From an uncultured delta proteobacterium (GTDB lineage Bacteria > Desulfobacterota > Binatia > Binatales > Binataceae): a stretch of 64,000 nt of DNA. The notes under the pieces are model-generated. The model saw nothing but the letters and a program-made list of their open reading frames with translations. It ran no database searches and was not told the origin of the DNA. Below are positions 49,110-58,504 of the stretch, in pieces. The number at the start of each line of letters is the position of its first letter. The first letter of the stretch is position 1. Location: the NCBI GenBank assembly GCA_963808235.1, contig CAWEEQ010000003.1, forward strand, positions 48,629-112,628, in the 5' to 3' direction. Made by a program: the position numbers and the translations under genes.

Positions 49110-49164
49110 TTCGTCATATCGGTCAGGCAGTGGAAGAAAAAACGAAAGAGTGCAAGACGCCGGT

Positions 49165-50037
49165 TCAAATGCGGCCGTAGGCGCGCAGGCGCAGCAGCGC
49201 CTCGAGAGTCATGCGTCCACGCCATTCGATCGCCGCGCCGGGTCCGGGGGCTTCCCAGGTGATCGGCCAGCCGCCGTCGGGTTGCTGGCGCGAGGCCAGG
49301 TCGTCGAGGTGCGCGGCGATCAGATCGTCTGAAAAAGCTGCACGCCCGATTGCGGTGGGAGTCGGGCAGAGCCCGAGCGGCGTCACTCCGTACTCCGAGC
49401 TTCCGGCCCGCTCGAGAAACCACTTGCTGCGCGGCGCCTTTTTGGCCAGACGAATCGCCAACTCGTTCGCGCGGGCGCGCTCCGGCGCGTACTGCAGGAA
49501 TCGCAGCGCGGTTACGATCTCGTGTGCGTCGCCAAGCGGACGCTCCAGCCGTTTCCAACACCATCGGCTCGCCCGCTTCAGCCATTGATGATCCACGCTC
49601 TGGTAGTGAAGCAGTCCGGCGATGCCCGCGGTCGGATTGGGCGAGTCTGATCCAAACGACGGTGAATTCCAGTGGGCGGCACGCGGATAGTCGAGAATGT
49701 GCGGCAGTGCAATCTCGACTCGGCCGTCCGGTTCCGCGACCGAGGCCAGAAACTCGCAGATGCCTATGGCTATCGCGGGCTCACGAATATCCGCCTCGCG
49801 AAGGGCGATCAGCGCATTTTCGCATGCGAGCGGCGTGCTTCCGGGTGCGCGGATATCCGCTTCGAGCGCATTGCCGAAGCCACCGTCCGGGTTGCGGTAG
49901 GCAGTCAGCGCATCGATCACAGCTTGCGACGACCCATCGAGAAACACGCGCGCGAAGATCGTCCGCTCCAGCAACCGCGCGTTGCGCCAGATGAAGTCCG
50001 TCGCGCGCTCGATTGAGGCCGTACCGCTTTTGCTCAT
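49165..50037 (-). CDS. Hypothetical protein with prenyltransferase/squalene-oxidase-like repeats
   Basis: ARLLE, YRNPDGGFGNALEAD, QQPDGGW. Confidence 0.75.
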   Translation of the reverse strand: MSKSGTASIERATDFIWRNARLLERTIFARVFLDGSSQAVIDALTAYRNPDGGFGNALEADIRAPGSTPLACENALIALREADIREPAIAIGICEFLASVAEPDGRVEIALPHILDYPRAAHWNSPSFGSDSPNPTAGIAGLLHYQSVDHQWLKRASRWCWKRLERPLGDAHEIVTALRFLQYAPERARANELAIRLAKKAPRSKWFLERAGSSEYGVTPLGLCPTPTAIGRAAFSDDLIAAHLDDLASRQQPDGGWPITWEAPGPGAAIEWRGRMTLEALLRLRAYGRI

Positions 50038-50813
50038 GCGGATATTTTTCCGGCTTCCGATGGGTGCGTCTTGAACGAATCGGACATCGCGCGCATTGCT
50101 GCGCGTGGCGAATTCCCCGACAGCTTTGCGCATTCTCGGCTCAGATGTGCCTGGTCAGCATAGCCCGCGTCGGCGGCGAGCGATGCGAGCCCGCGGCCCG
50201 GGGCGAGACTCGCGAGCCGGCGAAAGTGCTGAAATCGCGTGACGCGCTCGAACATCTTGGGGCCGTAGCCGATCGCATCGACGAAGCGGCGCCGCAACTG
50301 GCGCTCGCTGATTCCGGCCCGGCGGGCGAGATCGAGTACCGAGCGTGGTTTGGCGGGAACGCTTCGCACAATCTCTGCGACCGCAGCTGCGACGATCCGA
50401 TCCGGCTTTGGCGCATCGGCCATCCGCTCCAGAATCAGATCTTCAAGCGCAAATATTGCCTCAGCGAGGCTGTTCGATCGATCAAGACGCTCCCGTAGCT
50501 GCATTACCAATCTGTGCGGCCAGAATTCGGCCAGTGACACTCGTTGATCCAGCAGTTCGGAGAGCGGAACCCCGAGCAGCGGCGACGCGGTTCCCGGAAG
50601 AAACCGGATTCCACCCAGCAGACTGCCCTTTGGTACTGTCGCCGAACAGGCAGTGCGATCTGGCCCGGCAACCCAAGGCTCGCGACCGAGGGCCCATACG
50701 ATATCGACCATTCCGTCGGGAACAACACCGCGGGGATCACCCGAGGCGCGTGCGATCCACACACAGGCGACAACATCCCGAAGTCCCGGTCTAGGCGCCT
50801 GGTGACGATACAT
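50034..50813 (-). CDS. AraC-family regulator (DUF6597-type N-terminus)
   Basis: VVPDGMVDIVW, GIRFLPG, SERQLRRRF...GYGPK, GYADQAHLSRE. Confidence 0.88.
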   Translation of the reverse strand: MYRHQAPRPGLRDVVACVWIARASGDPRGVVPDGMVDIVWALGREPWVAGPDRTACSATVPKGSLLGGIRFLPGTASPLLGVPLSELLDQRVSLAEFWPHRLVMQLRERLDRSNSLAEAIFALEDLILERMADAPKPDRIVAAAVAEIVRSVPAKPRSVLDLARRAGISERQLRRRFVDAIGYGPKMFERVTRFQHFRRLASLAPGRGLASLAADAGYADQAHLSRECAKLSGNSPRAAMRAMSDSFKTHPSEAGKISA

Positions 50814-50818
50814 ATGAA

Positions 50819-51597
50819 TCACTTGACGCCGGGGAAGCTTAGGGTGAAGCCGCCGTCCACCATTATTGTTTGCGCGGTCAGGTAGCTTGCGGCGGGCATG
50901 CAGATTAGACAGGCGACTGCGGCGATTTCGTCGAGAGTGGGGAGGCGTTTCAGGGCGGAGCGCTCCGCGCATCGGCGCTGAAAGTCTTCGTAGGAGTCGC
51001 CGAGATAGTTCGAGTAGAAGCGCGCCGAGTCGGTGTCGATGTAGCCGACGTTGAGGCCGTTGACCGTGATGCCGCGCGGGCCGAGCTCGAAGGCGAAGTC
51101 GCGGACCAAACTTTCGAGCGCGGCCTTTGCGGCGCCGAGCACGCCGTGACCGGGCAGATTACGGATCGAATCGATTCCGGAAACCATCAGGATGCGGCCG
51201 CCCTCGCCCATCATCTTGCTCGCTTCCTGGACTGCAGCGACGAATCCGTTGACGCTGAGCGCGAAGGTGCGCGCGAGGTTGTGCGGTTTGGTCTCGAGCA
51301 GCGGCCTGAAGGCGGTTGCGGCCGCGTTGGCGATTAGGATGTCGAGGCGGCCGAGCTCTGCGGCGGCGTCGGAGACCATCGCGCGGACTTGGGCGTCGTT
51401 CTCGAGATCTGCTTTGACGAGAAAGATCTCGGCGCGATTGCGCGAACTTCGGCGAGGGTGCGCTCGGCGCTCGCGTCATCGCGGCGGTAGTTCATCGCGA
51501 CGGTTGCTCCCAGTCGCGCGAGTGACAGCGAGATTGCGCGGCCTAGTCCGCGGGTGCCTCCGGTGACGAGAGCAGTTTTGTTTTTTAGATCGTGCAT
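50819..51597 (-). CDS. SDR, FabL-like enoyl reductase (single frameshift near 51422)
   Basis: TGGTRGLG in ORF 51334..51597; one added base gives ...RSFLVKADLENDAQVRAMV, joining ORF 50819..51379 (ANAA, AAKAALE, VDGG). Confidence 0.8.
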
Positions 51598-51604
51598 CGG
51601 CTGG

Positions 51605-53521
51605 CTATACGAGATTGGCGTAGAGGATTCGGCGCAGGTCGATGCCGATCGATTCGCCGCTGCCGCGGAGTGCGCGGGGGTTGAAGCCCGAATGCTCGAC
51701 GCGCACGGTTAGCTCCGCGTCGGCTGTGTCCGCGGGGGTGGCGAATGCTACGCGGCCGCTCTCCGGGGTTTTGCTTTCGGCGAGGACGGCGTTGCCGCGG
51801 CCGTAGAGGGTGACGCGCGCGCCGGCAATCGGCGGATGCTCGCCGTCGGGCAGACAGTCGTTGTCGAGCACGGTTACGCGCAGGCTGCGCATGTCGCGGG
51901 TGCGCTCGGTCTCGACCCTCAGATCGCGCAGGTAGATCATCGGTTCGGCGAAGACGCCCTGGATGCCGGCGCGCTTGGGCTCGCCCGCGGGATTGGCTTT
52001 GAGCTCGACGCGCTGCGACGCCATCCCATGGTCGGACGTGACCACGAACAGTGTCGATTCGAGCAGGGCGCGCGCACGGAGCATCTCGATCAGCGCGCCG
52101 ATTCGCTTGTCGGTGCGATAGAGCGCCTCGCGGAGAGCCTCGTGATGCGGGCCGTAGTCGTGGCCGGCGCCGTCGGTAAGCGTGAACTCGTGCGCGACGA
52201 AGACCGGCGGCGCGTCGCCACAATGCTCGAACAGCTCGAGCACCTGCGCCATCCCGCGGATGTCCACGATCTCTTCGCGATTCAAATCGTTCTTCTGATC
52301 GGTGGACCAGCGCGGACTAACGTCCGAAGACATTTCCAGGGTGCGCGCCTTGAGGCGATCCTTGTTGCCGACGATTCGGCGCTCGAGCACGGCGTGATCC
52401 GCGCCGCGTCCCTGCGGCTCATAGAGCGACGCGGTGATAGCGCCCGAGCCGCACTCGCGCTTGAAAACTTCGTACAGCGTCTCGACGTCGAGGTTAAGCC
52501 AACGCTCGGTCTCAAAGGCATTGCCCTGAATCGGCACCGTCTCGCGATCCTCGCGCACGTGGAAAGTCGGATTGACGATGTCGTGATGCCCGCACCATGC
52601 GCCGGTGAGAATCGTCGAATGGCTTGGCCACGTGATGCTCGGGAAATTGACGATTGATCCGTGAGTAAGAAACGCGCCGCGCTCGACCAGCCCGGAAAGG
52701 TTCGGAATTGCGCCGCGATTTTTTTCGAGATGATAGTGAAGCTCGGAGTGCGAGAGGCCGTCGAGCAGGATCATGTAGACGCGCGCGGGTGGCGGCGCGT
52801 TGTCGTCGATTATCTCGTCGAGTGGAGTTCCGTCCTGGCGCTTCAAATAGACGTTGGCGCGGGAGCCGGACGCGTCGACGCCGGCGATTTTAGGGAATCG
52901 CATCATGCGCGCGATGGTTGGGGCCACGTCGACGTGCCGCGCACTCAACTGAAAACGGCCGGTGCGAACTCCGGGGCCGCTGAACACCAGCGGCGCGCGC
53001 GATTGCACGACGTTGAGCGCGCCATGCTGTCCGGCCTGGATTCCGTAGGCGTACGCCTTGGGGCTGACGACCAGGTCGGGCGCGCGTGGGCTGTCGAAGA
53101 GTTGTGCGATTCGTTCGTACGCATAGGGATGGCTGAGCACGTGCGGCTCGAAGAAGGCGCGGTTGGCGTCGCCGGTTGTGTTGCCGCTGCGCGCGGCGGC
53201 GTCCAATTCCTCATCGATGGTTGAAACGATAAACGGGTCCTGATTTGCGATCGGGTTCTCGCCGATTTGTTCGACCACCTTAAACGACAGTGCGCCGGAT
53301 TCGTCGGCGAAGCGCTTGAACCGAAGCATCCCGCGCCGCGCCCATACCTCGTACGAATCGTCGCGCCAGGTCGCGACCAGATCGACGTGCTCGGCTGCGG
53401 GAGTTTCCGCGAGCAGCGCAAGGATCGTTCGGTCGCCGGATTCGTACTGATGGACGTCGAGTCCCTGGCCGGCAAGCCGCTCGGGTCCGAATTCGCGCTT
53501 CGTTTCAGATTTACGAACCAT
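51605..53521 (-). CDS. Alkaline-phosphatase-superfamily (NPP-like) protein with permuted motif order
   Basis: LLDG, PSITWPSHSTILTG, DGAGH..GP, TSDHG; GQHG and DVAPT lie N-terminal to these. Confidence 0.85.
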   Translation of the reverse strand: MVRKSETKREFGPERLAGQGLDVHQYESGDRTILALLAETPAAEHVDLVATWRDDSYEVWARRGMLRFKRFADESGALSFKVVEQIGENPIANQDPFIVSTIDEELDAAARSGNTTGDANRAFFEPHVLSHPYAYERIAQLFDSPRAPDLVVSPKAYAYGIQAGQHGALNVVQSRAPLVFSGPGVRTGRFQLSARHVDVAPTIARMMRFPKIAGVDASGSRANVYLKRQDGTPLDEIIDDNAPPPARVYMILLDGLSHSELHYHLEKNRGAIPNLSGLVERGAFLTHGSIVNFPSITWPSHSTILTGAWCGHHDIVNPTFHVREDRETVPIQGNAFETERWLNLDVETLYEVFKRECGSGAITASLYEPQGRGADHAVLERRIVGNKDRLKARTLEMSSDVSPRWSTDQKNDLNREEIVDIRGMAQVLELFEHCGDAPPVFVAHEFTLTDGAGHDYGPHHEALREALYRTDKRIGALIEMLRARALLESTLFVVTSDHGMASQRVELKANPAGEPKRAGIQGVFAEPMIYLRDLRVETERTRDMRSLRVTVLDNDCLPDGEHPPIAGARVTLYGRGNAVLAESKTPESGRVAFATPADTADAELTVRVEHSGFNPRALRGSGESIGIDLRRILYANLV

Positions 53522-53720
53522 GTGATGACGCGCTCCTCAAGAAATCAATTGATCACGCTGTTTGTCAAAAATTCATTGTGACGCGATGCATGACGTGCGC
53601 AAAGCTCTCACGTGGCATTCAATTGCGTTCAATTCACATCGATCGGAAGCGCGATTCGATTGCGTGTGCGCGCGCATTCCAGCAATAGTGAGTCCGCAAA
53701 ACAGGAAAGGCAATCACCAT

Positions 53721-54068
53721 ATGGCGCTCAACGAAGACTCCACGTTCGAATCACGCATCGGAAAAGGCACCAAGGCTTCGGGCAAACTGATTTTTCGCGG
53801 CCCAGTGAAAATAGAGGGCGAGGCGGAAGGCGAGATAACCGGCGACGACGTCGTGATCGCGACCGGCGCGGTGGTCAGCGCGCGTATCTCCGCGGGGAAG
53901 ATCACGATCGCAGGCGCGTTCACCGGCGAGGTCACCGCGCGCGAGCGGGTCGAGCTGATGCCCACCGCCCGCGTGCAGTGCACGATCAGCACGCCGAGCC
54001 TGGTGCTGAATGAGGGCGCGCAGTTCGACGGCGACTGCAAGATGCCGACGAAGAAGATCGCGGCGTAG
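53721..54068 (+). CDS. Bactofilin (polymer-forming cytoskeletal protein)
   Basis: IGKGT..SGKL.F...VKIEG..EGEI...L.LNEGAQFDGDCKM; AGGAAAGG upstream. Confidence 0.9.
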   Translation: MALNEDSTFESRIGKGTKASGKLIFRGPVKIEGEAEGEITGDDVVIATGAVVSARISAGKITIAGAFTGEVTARERVELMPTARVQCTISTPSLVLNEGAQFDGDCKMPTKKIAA

Positions 54069-54109
54069 CGGGAAGATCGCTCGCGCAGCCATCAATTCAC
54101 TTGATTGAA

Positions 54110-54196
54110 TGTGAAACCTGCGGCGGGTTTCACACTTCCTTCGGCAGGGGTGACCCCTGCACCCAGTGTTAGGAGAAGATGCGGGACTTCGTCCCG
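54110..54196. terminator. Cluster of three hairpins between convergent genes (terminator or REP-like)
   Basis: TGTGAAACCTG-cgg-CGGGTTTCACA; GCAGGGG-tga-CCCCTGC; CGGGAC-ttc-GTCCCG. Confidence 0.5.
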
Positions 54197-54197
54197 G

Positions 54198-54797
54198 TTA
54201 GAACTTTGGGGGAGGAGGCGAGACTAGTACGGTTTCGATGCCGCGCGAATCGCGACGGCGCAGGACGAGTCCCGCGTCGTTAATTTCAATTTCCTCCGAG
54301 TCACCCATACGCGGTTCGTAAATCCATACATGAGGATCACTGCTGCGTCGGCGGCAGGTCTGCTTGCTGGTCGCAGCAACCAGAGTATTGGGATCGATCG
54401 CGGCGACTCGACCGGTCCATCGCGACTGCCCGCGCGCACGGATATGCGCAATCGAGAGCGCGCGGAAGATGACGAGGTCCGCGTCGACTTCGCGGTAGCG
54501 GCCGAGCTTGGTAGTGAGATTGTTGCGACTACCCATCGCGCTAACGTTGCCCCGGAGAAAATCGTCGGCCGACTCGTAGGTCGCGTTGCGTACGAACGGG
54601 CCGCGGCTGTAGCGAACGACAATGAGGCGAATTATGCCGGCGGGGTCGAGCTCGGCTTCGACCTCGTAGACATTCGATCCGCTTGCCGGACGCCGTACGC
54701 CGCGAATTTTGCCCGCGGCGAGCGATTCCTCCTCGATTGCGACGAGTTCGCCGGCGCGGCGTATCTCGTAGCGGAATTCGCCGTCGGGAAGCATCAT
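54198..54797 (-). CDS. Hypothetical protein (beta-rich, distantly glycolipid-binding-like)
   Basis: Host-like codon usage; TAGGTT 6 nt before ATG; C-terminal IEINDAGLV resembles the 42266 protein. Confidence 0.65.
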   Translation of the reverse strand: MMLPDGEFRYEIRRAGELVAIEEESLAAGKIRGVRRPASGSNVYEVEAELDPAGIIRLIVVRYSRGPFVRNATYESADDFLRGNVSAMGSRNNLTTKLGRYREVDADLVIFRALSIAHIRARGQSRWTGRVAAIDPNTLVAATSKQTCRRRSSDPHVWIYEPRMGDSEEIEINDAGLVLRRRDSRGIETVLVSPPPPKF

Positions 54798-54879
54798 GGT
54801 GAAAACCTATCGGCTGCGGTAGACACGAACAAGTTTGACGGCTGTTAGAACTTGCAGGCGAGAGAAGAGGAGACTGCTG

Positions 54880-56340
54880 ATGAACTGGCAGGAGCATTAT
54901 AAGTCGCGCACGGTTTCGGCCGAGGAAGCGGCGGCGATGGTGAAGCCCGGGATGCGGGTGGATTTTCCGCTCGCGGCGGGAACCGTGATGCAACGCGCGT
55001 TGGCGGCGCGCGGCAAATCGATCGGCGGAGTCGTCGATCTGAGGATGTCGTCGCCGCTTACCGATCCGGGATGGTTCGGCGGCGATGCGGCGCCCTACTT
55101 CAGGGTGGAGTTCGAGCTGTTTATCGGCAACCTCGGGCGTCCGTCGCACGATCGGAGAACGGCGACGTACCTGCCGAATTTATTTTCGACCGAGTTCAAG
55201 GCGCACGACGAACGGCCGGCTGAAGACAAACCGATAGACTTCGCCTTCGTCAACGTGACCCGGCCCAACGCGAAGGGATTCGTGAGCTTCGGGCCTCATC
55301 AGTGGAACAAGCGGACGTACGTGCGGCGCGCACGCCATGCGATCGCGGAGGTAGACGCGAACCTGACGCGCACCCATGGCGACGTTTATATGCATGTGTC
55401 CGAGTTCGATTACTTCGTCGATGGCACTCCGCCGGCGCCGGACATGGCGGTGATCGAGCGCGAGCTTGCGGCGATGGACGCGGAGAAGCGCGACGGTATT
55501 CGCGCGATCATCGCGTCGGAGGGCGCCGAACGAATCTGGCCGATCGTTCAATACCTGCAACGCTCGACGCTCAAAGATCTGCGCGTGCTGCTCGGGCTCG
55601 CGCCGCCGCCCGAGGAGTTCAAGGCGGTTGCGGGTTATCTTGGCGAGCTGATCGAAGACGGCGTGACGATTCAGATTGGGGTGGGAGATCCGAGCTCGCA
55701 GATGCCGCGCCTGGGCGCGTTCGATCGAAAGCACGATCTCGGGCTGCATACGGAGATGGTGGCGCCGGGAATCGCGCGGCTGGTCGATGCTGGAGTGATC
55801 ACGGGGCGGCGCAAGACGATTCACAAGGGCAAGGCGGTCGCGGTCGCGTGGTCGGGATCCGATCCGGACGATCTGAAGATTGTCGACGACAATCCCGCGT
55901 TCGAACTTTACGACCCTGAGTACGTGCTCAAACTCTCGACGGTGGCGGCGAACTATCGGCAGACCTCGATCAACAATGCGATCAGCATCGACCTGACCGG
56001 GCAAATAAATTCCGAGACCGTGATGGGCGCGCGCATGATGAACGGGACCGGCGGGCAGCCGGAAACTCATATCGGCGCGTTCCTGAGTCCCGGCGGACGC
56101 GCGATAACGCTGCTCTCGTCGACGGCAGTCGGAGGGGCGATTTCGCGAATCGTGCCGCAACTCGAGGCGGGCGCGCTGGTGACGATTCCGCGCTATTTCG
56201 CCGATACGGTGGTCACCGAATTTGGAATCGCGCGGCTCTTGGGCAAGAACCATCGCGAGCGCGCCGCGGAATTGATCGCGATTGCTCATCCGGACTTTCG
56301 CGCCGAACTGCGGGAGGCGGCGATGCGGCTGTTTGGTTAG
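54880..56340 (+). CDS. Acetyl-CoA hydrolase/CoA-transferase (4-hydroxybutyrate CoA-transferase-like)
   Basis: YKSRTVSAEEA, IQIGVG, LGLHTEM, IDLTGQINSE, GTGGQ, VVTEFG, IAHPDFR. Confidence 0.92.
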   Translation: MNWQEHYKSRTVSAEEAAAMVKPGMRVDFPLAAGTVMQRALAARGKSIGGVVDLRMSSPLTDPGWFGGDAAPYFRVEFELFIGNLGRPSHDRRTATYLPNLFSTEFKAHDERPAEDKPIDFAFVNVTRPNAKGFVSFGPHQWNKRTYVRRARHAIAEVDANLTRTHGDVYMHVSEFDYFVDGTPPAPDMAVIERELAAMDAEKRDGIRAIIASEGAERIWPIVQYLQRSTLKDLRVLLGLAPPPEEFKAVAGYLGELIEDGVTIQIGVGDPSSQMPRLGAFDRKHDLGLHTEMVAPGIARLVDAGVITGRRKTIHKGKAVAVAWSGSDPDDLKIVDDNPAFELYDPEYVLKLSTVAANYRQTSINNAISIDLTGQINSETVMGARMMNGTGGQPETHIGAFLSPGGRAITLLSSTAVGGAISRIVPQLEAGALVTIPRYFADTVVTEFGIARLLGKNHRERAAELIAIAHPDFRAELREAAMRLFG

Positions 56341-56518
56341 AAAAGCCTACGCTAGCCGTTTGAGTGCTGAATGGCACAATCAGACGCTCTTTGGTCTATA
56401 GGTGTCTTGACTCGCTGGTGAAAATAATCCAAATAGGGGGTCTATAGCATAGTTCAACTTTTGTGATAGCTTATTCGCCAGCCTAGGATTAGATAGGCTT
56501 GTTAAAGAAGGGTAACGG

Positions 56519-56722
56519 ATGCCATCCTCGACAAAAGTTCTGACCGTCAATGAGCTCGCCGAATATTTGCGGGTGCATCGGTCGACGATCTATCGCCTGC
56601 TCAAGAAAGGCCAACTGCCCGGTTTTAAGATCGGAAGCGACTGGCGTTTCAACGTCGAGGTGATAGACGAGTGGCGGTTGCGGCAGGGCCCGGGCGTTCT
56701 TTCCGAAGAGAGCACCGAGTAG
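56519..56722 (+). CDS. Excisionase-like HTH_17 DNA-binding protein
   Basis: LTVNELAEYLRVHRSTIYRLLKKGQLPGFKIGSDWRF. Confidence 0.9.
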   Translation: MPSSTKVLTVNELAEYLRVHRSTIYRLLKKGQLPGFKIGSDWRFNVEVIDEWRLRQGPGVLSEESTE

Positions 56723-56863
56723 CGGGCCGTCGCGTCTGACCGAACGCCCGAAGTCAGTCCCGAAGTGACTTCGTCGCTCGAAGTTCCATCTCAAATTTTG
56801 TTTTAGCTGTTTACTGCGGCGAGTTGGCGCGCGGTCGCGTCGGCAGTTAGAGTTGAGCGGCCG

Positions 56864-58048
56864 ATGCCGACCGACGTATCCAGCAAGACCCGATTATTCA
56901 CCGAGTCCGTGATCCGCGAGATGACGCGGCGCGCGCTCAAGTGCGGAGCGGTAAACCTGGCGCAGGGATTTCCCGACTTTGCGGCGCCCACCGAGCTCAA
57001 GGAAGCGGCCAAGCGCGCGATCGACGAGGACTATAATCAGTACGCGATCACGCATGGGTCGCCGAATTTCCGGCGCGCGATCGCGGACAAGGTAACCGAG
57101 TACAACGGCATCGCGTGCGATCCGGAGCGCAACATCACCGTGACCTGCGGCGCGACCGAAGCGATGATCGCGACGATGCTCGCGGTGATCAATCCGGGCG
57201 ACGAGGTAATAATCTTCGAGCCGTTTTACGAGAACTACGGTCCGGACGTGATCCTGGCCGGTGCGACGCCGCGTTACGTGGCGCTGCGCGATCCAAATTT
57301 TTCGATCGATCGAGCGGAGCTGGAGGCGGCGTTCGGACCGCGGACCAAGGCGATCGTCGTGAACACGCCGCACAATCCGAGCGGCAAGGTTTTCACCCGC
57401 GCGGAGCTCGAAGCGATCGCGGCGCTATGCCGGCATTACGACACGCTGGCGATCACGGACGAAATTTACGAGCACATAATCTTTGACGGCGCGCGCCACG
57501 TCTCGATTGCGAGCTTGCCCGGGATGGCGGAGCGCACGATCACGATCAGCGGTCTTTCGAAGACCTATTCGATCACGGGATGGCGGCTGGCCTACGCGAT
57601 TGCGAGCGAGCGGCTGACCTCGGCAATACGCAAGGTGCATGATTTTTTGACGGTTGGCGCGCCGCATCCGCTGCAGGAAGCCGGGGCAGCCGCGCTCAGA
57701 CTGCCGGAATCCTTCTACTCAAGCCTGACCGCGATGTACACGCGAAAGCGCGCCGCGCTTTATTCGGCGCTGACCGCAGCCGGCCTGGAATGCAGCAAAC
57801 CCGACGGCGCGTACTATATCGTGGCGGAAATTGGCGAGCTTGGATTCAAGGACGACTTCGCGGCGGCGGATTTCATGCTCGAAGATGTGGGCATCGCGGC
57901 GGTTCCGGGCTCGAGCTTTTACCATCGCGCCGAACTGGGGCATCGGAAGATTAGATTCACGTTTTCGAAAAGCGACGCGACTCTCGCGGCAGCGGCCGAG
58001 CGCCTGAGCCATCTTACGGAAAAGCTCGAAGCGGCGCGGCGCGGTTAG
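56864..58048 (+). CDS. PLP-dependent class I/II aminotransferase (YbdL-like)
   Basis: NLAQGFPDF, GATEA, NTPHNPSG, DEIY, SKTYSITGWR. Confidence 0.93.
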   Translation: MPTDVSSKTRLFTESVIREMTRRALKCGAVNLAQGFPDFAAPTELKEAAKRAIDEDYNQYAITHGSPNFRRAIADKVTEYNGIACDPERNITVTCGATEAMIATMLAVINPGDEVIIFEPFYENYGPDVILAGATPRYVALRDPNFSIDRAELEAAFGPRTKAIVVNTPHNPSGKVFTRAELEAIAALCRHYDTLAITDEIYEHIIFDGARHVSIASLPGMAERTITISGLSKTYSITGWRLAYAIASERLTSAIRKVHDFLTVGAPHPLQEAGAAALRLPESFYSSLTAMYTRKRAALYSALTAAGLECSKPDGAYYIVAEIGELGFKDDFAAADFMLEDVGIAAVPGSSFYHRAELGHRKIRFTFSKSDATLAAAAERLSHLTEKLEAARRG

Positions 58049-58049
58049 C

Positions 58050-58448
58050 TCAGGAAGCTTTCTTGCGCCCGGGAATTGCGCGCAGTTGCGGGCGCTCGAT
58101 GCCGCCGGAGAGATAGACCAGCACTGTCCATGCGCTGCGCGTCAGCGGGTAGCATACGAGCACACTGCCGGCGGCGACCGTACAGAGAATGAAAATCTGC
58201 ATGACGTCGGAAACGTGGGTTGCGAACGCGAGGAAAGCCCAGCACGCCAGGAATGAGAAGGACGCGACCGCGTAGTCGAGGTACATCGCGCCCAGCGACT
58301 CGCCCGGATCTTTCCAGAACACGGCGTGGCATCGCGGACATTCGCGATTCATTTTGAAGTGCGAGCGGAAGACTGCGCCTCGTCCGCATACGGGGCACTG
58401 GCAATTCAGCGCCCGCTTGATCAACACCGATGCGGATTCCGTCGCCAT
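58050..58448 (-). CDS. DUF983 family membrane protein
   Basis: CPVCG.G..F...CPRC followed by two TM segments. Confidence 0.8.
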   Translation of the reverse strand: MATESASVLIKRALNCQCPVCGRGAVFRSHFKMNRECPRCHAVFWKDPGESLGAMYLDYAVASFSFLACWAFLAFATHVSDVMQIFILCTVAAGSVLVCYPLTRSAWTVLVYLSGGIERPQLRAIPGRKKAS

Positions 58449-58504
58449 ACTTTTAATCTAACCACGCGCCACGGTTGAGGCGAGCCGCAATCGATCGGCG
58501 TCGG

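Noticed and set aside
49165-50037. Terpene cyclase partner for the isoprenoid cassette
   Set aside because: About 290 aa, no DxDD motif, and about 15 kb from the cassette in a different operon
54110-54134. Second parS site
   Set aside because: Half-sites are in the reverse order (GTGAAAC...GTTTCAC) with a spacer; better explained as a hairpin
56519-56722. Excisionase as evidence for a prophage or ICE
   Set aside because: No integrase, att site or phage genes nearby; flanked by metabolic genes, so more likely a stand-alone regulator
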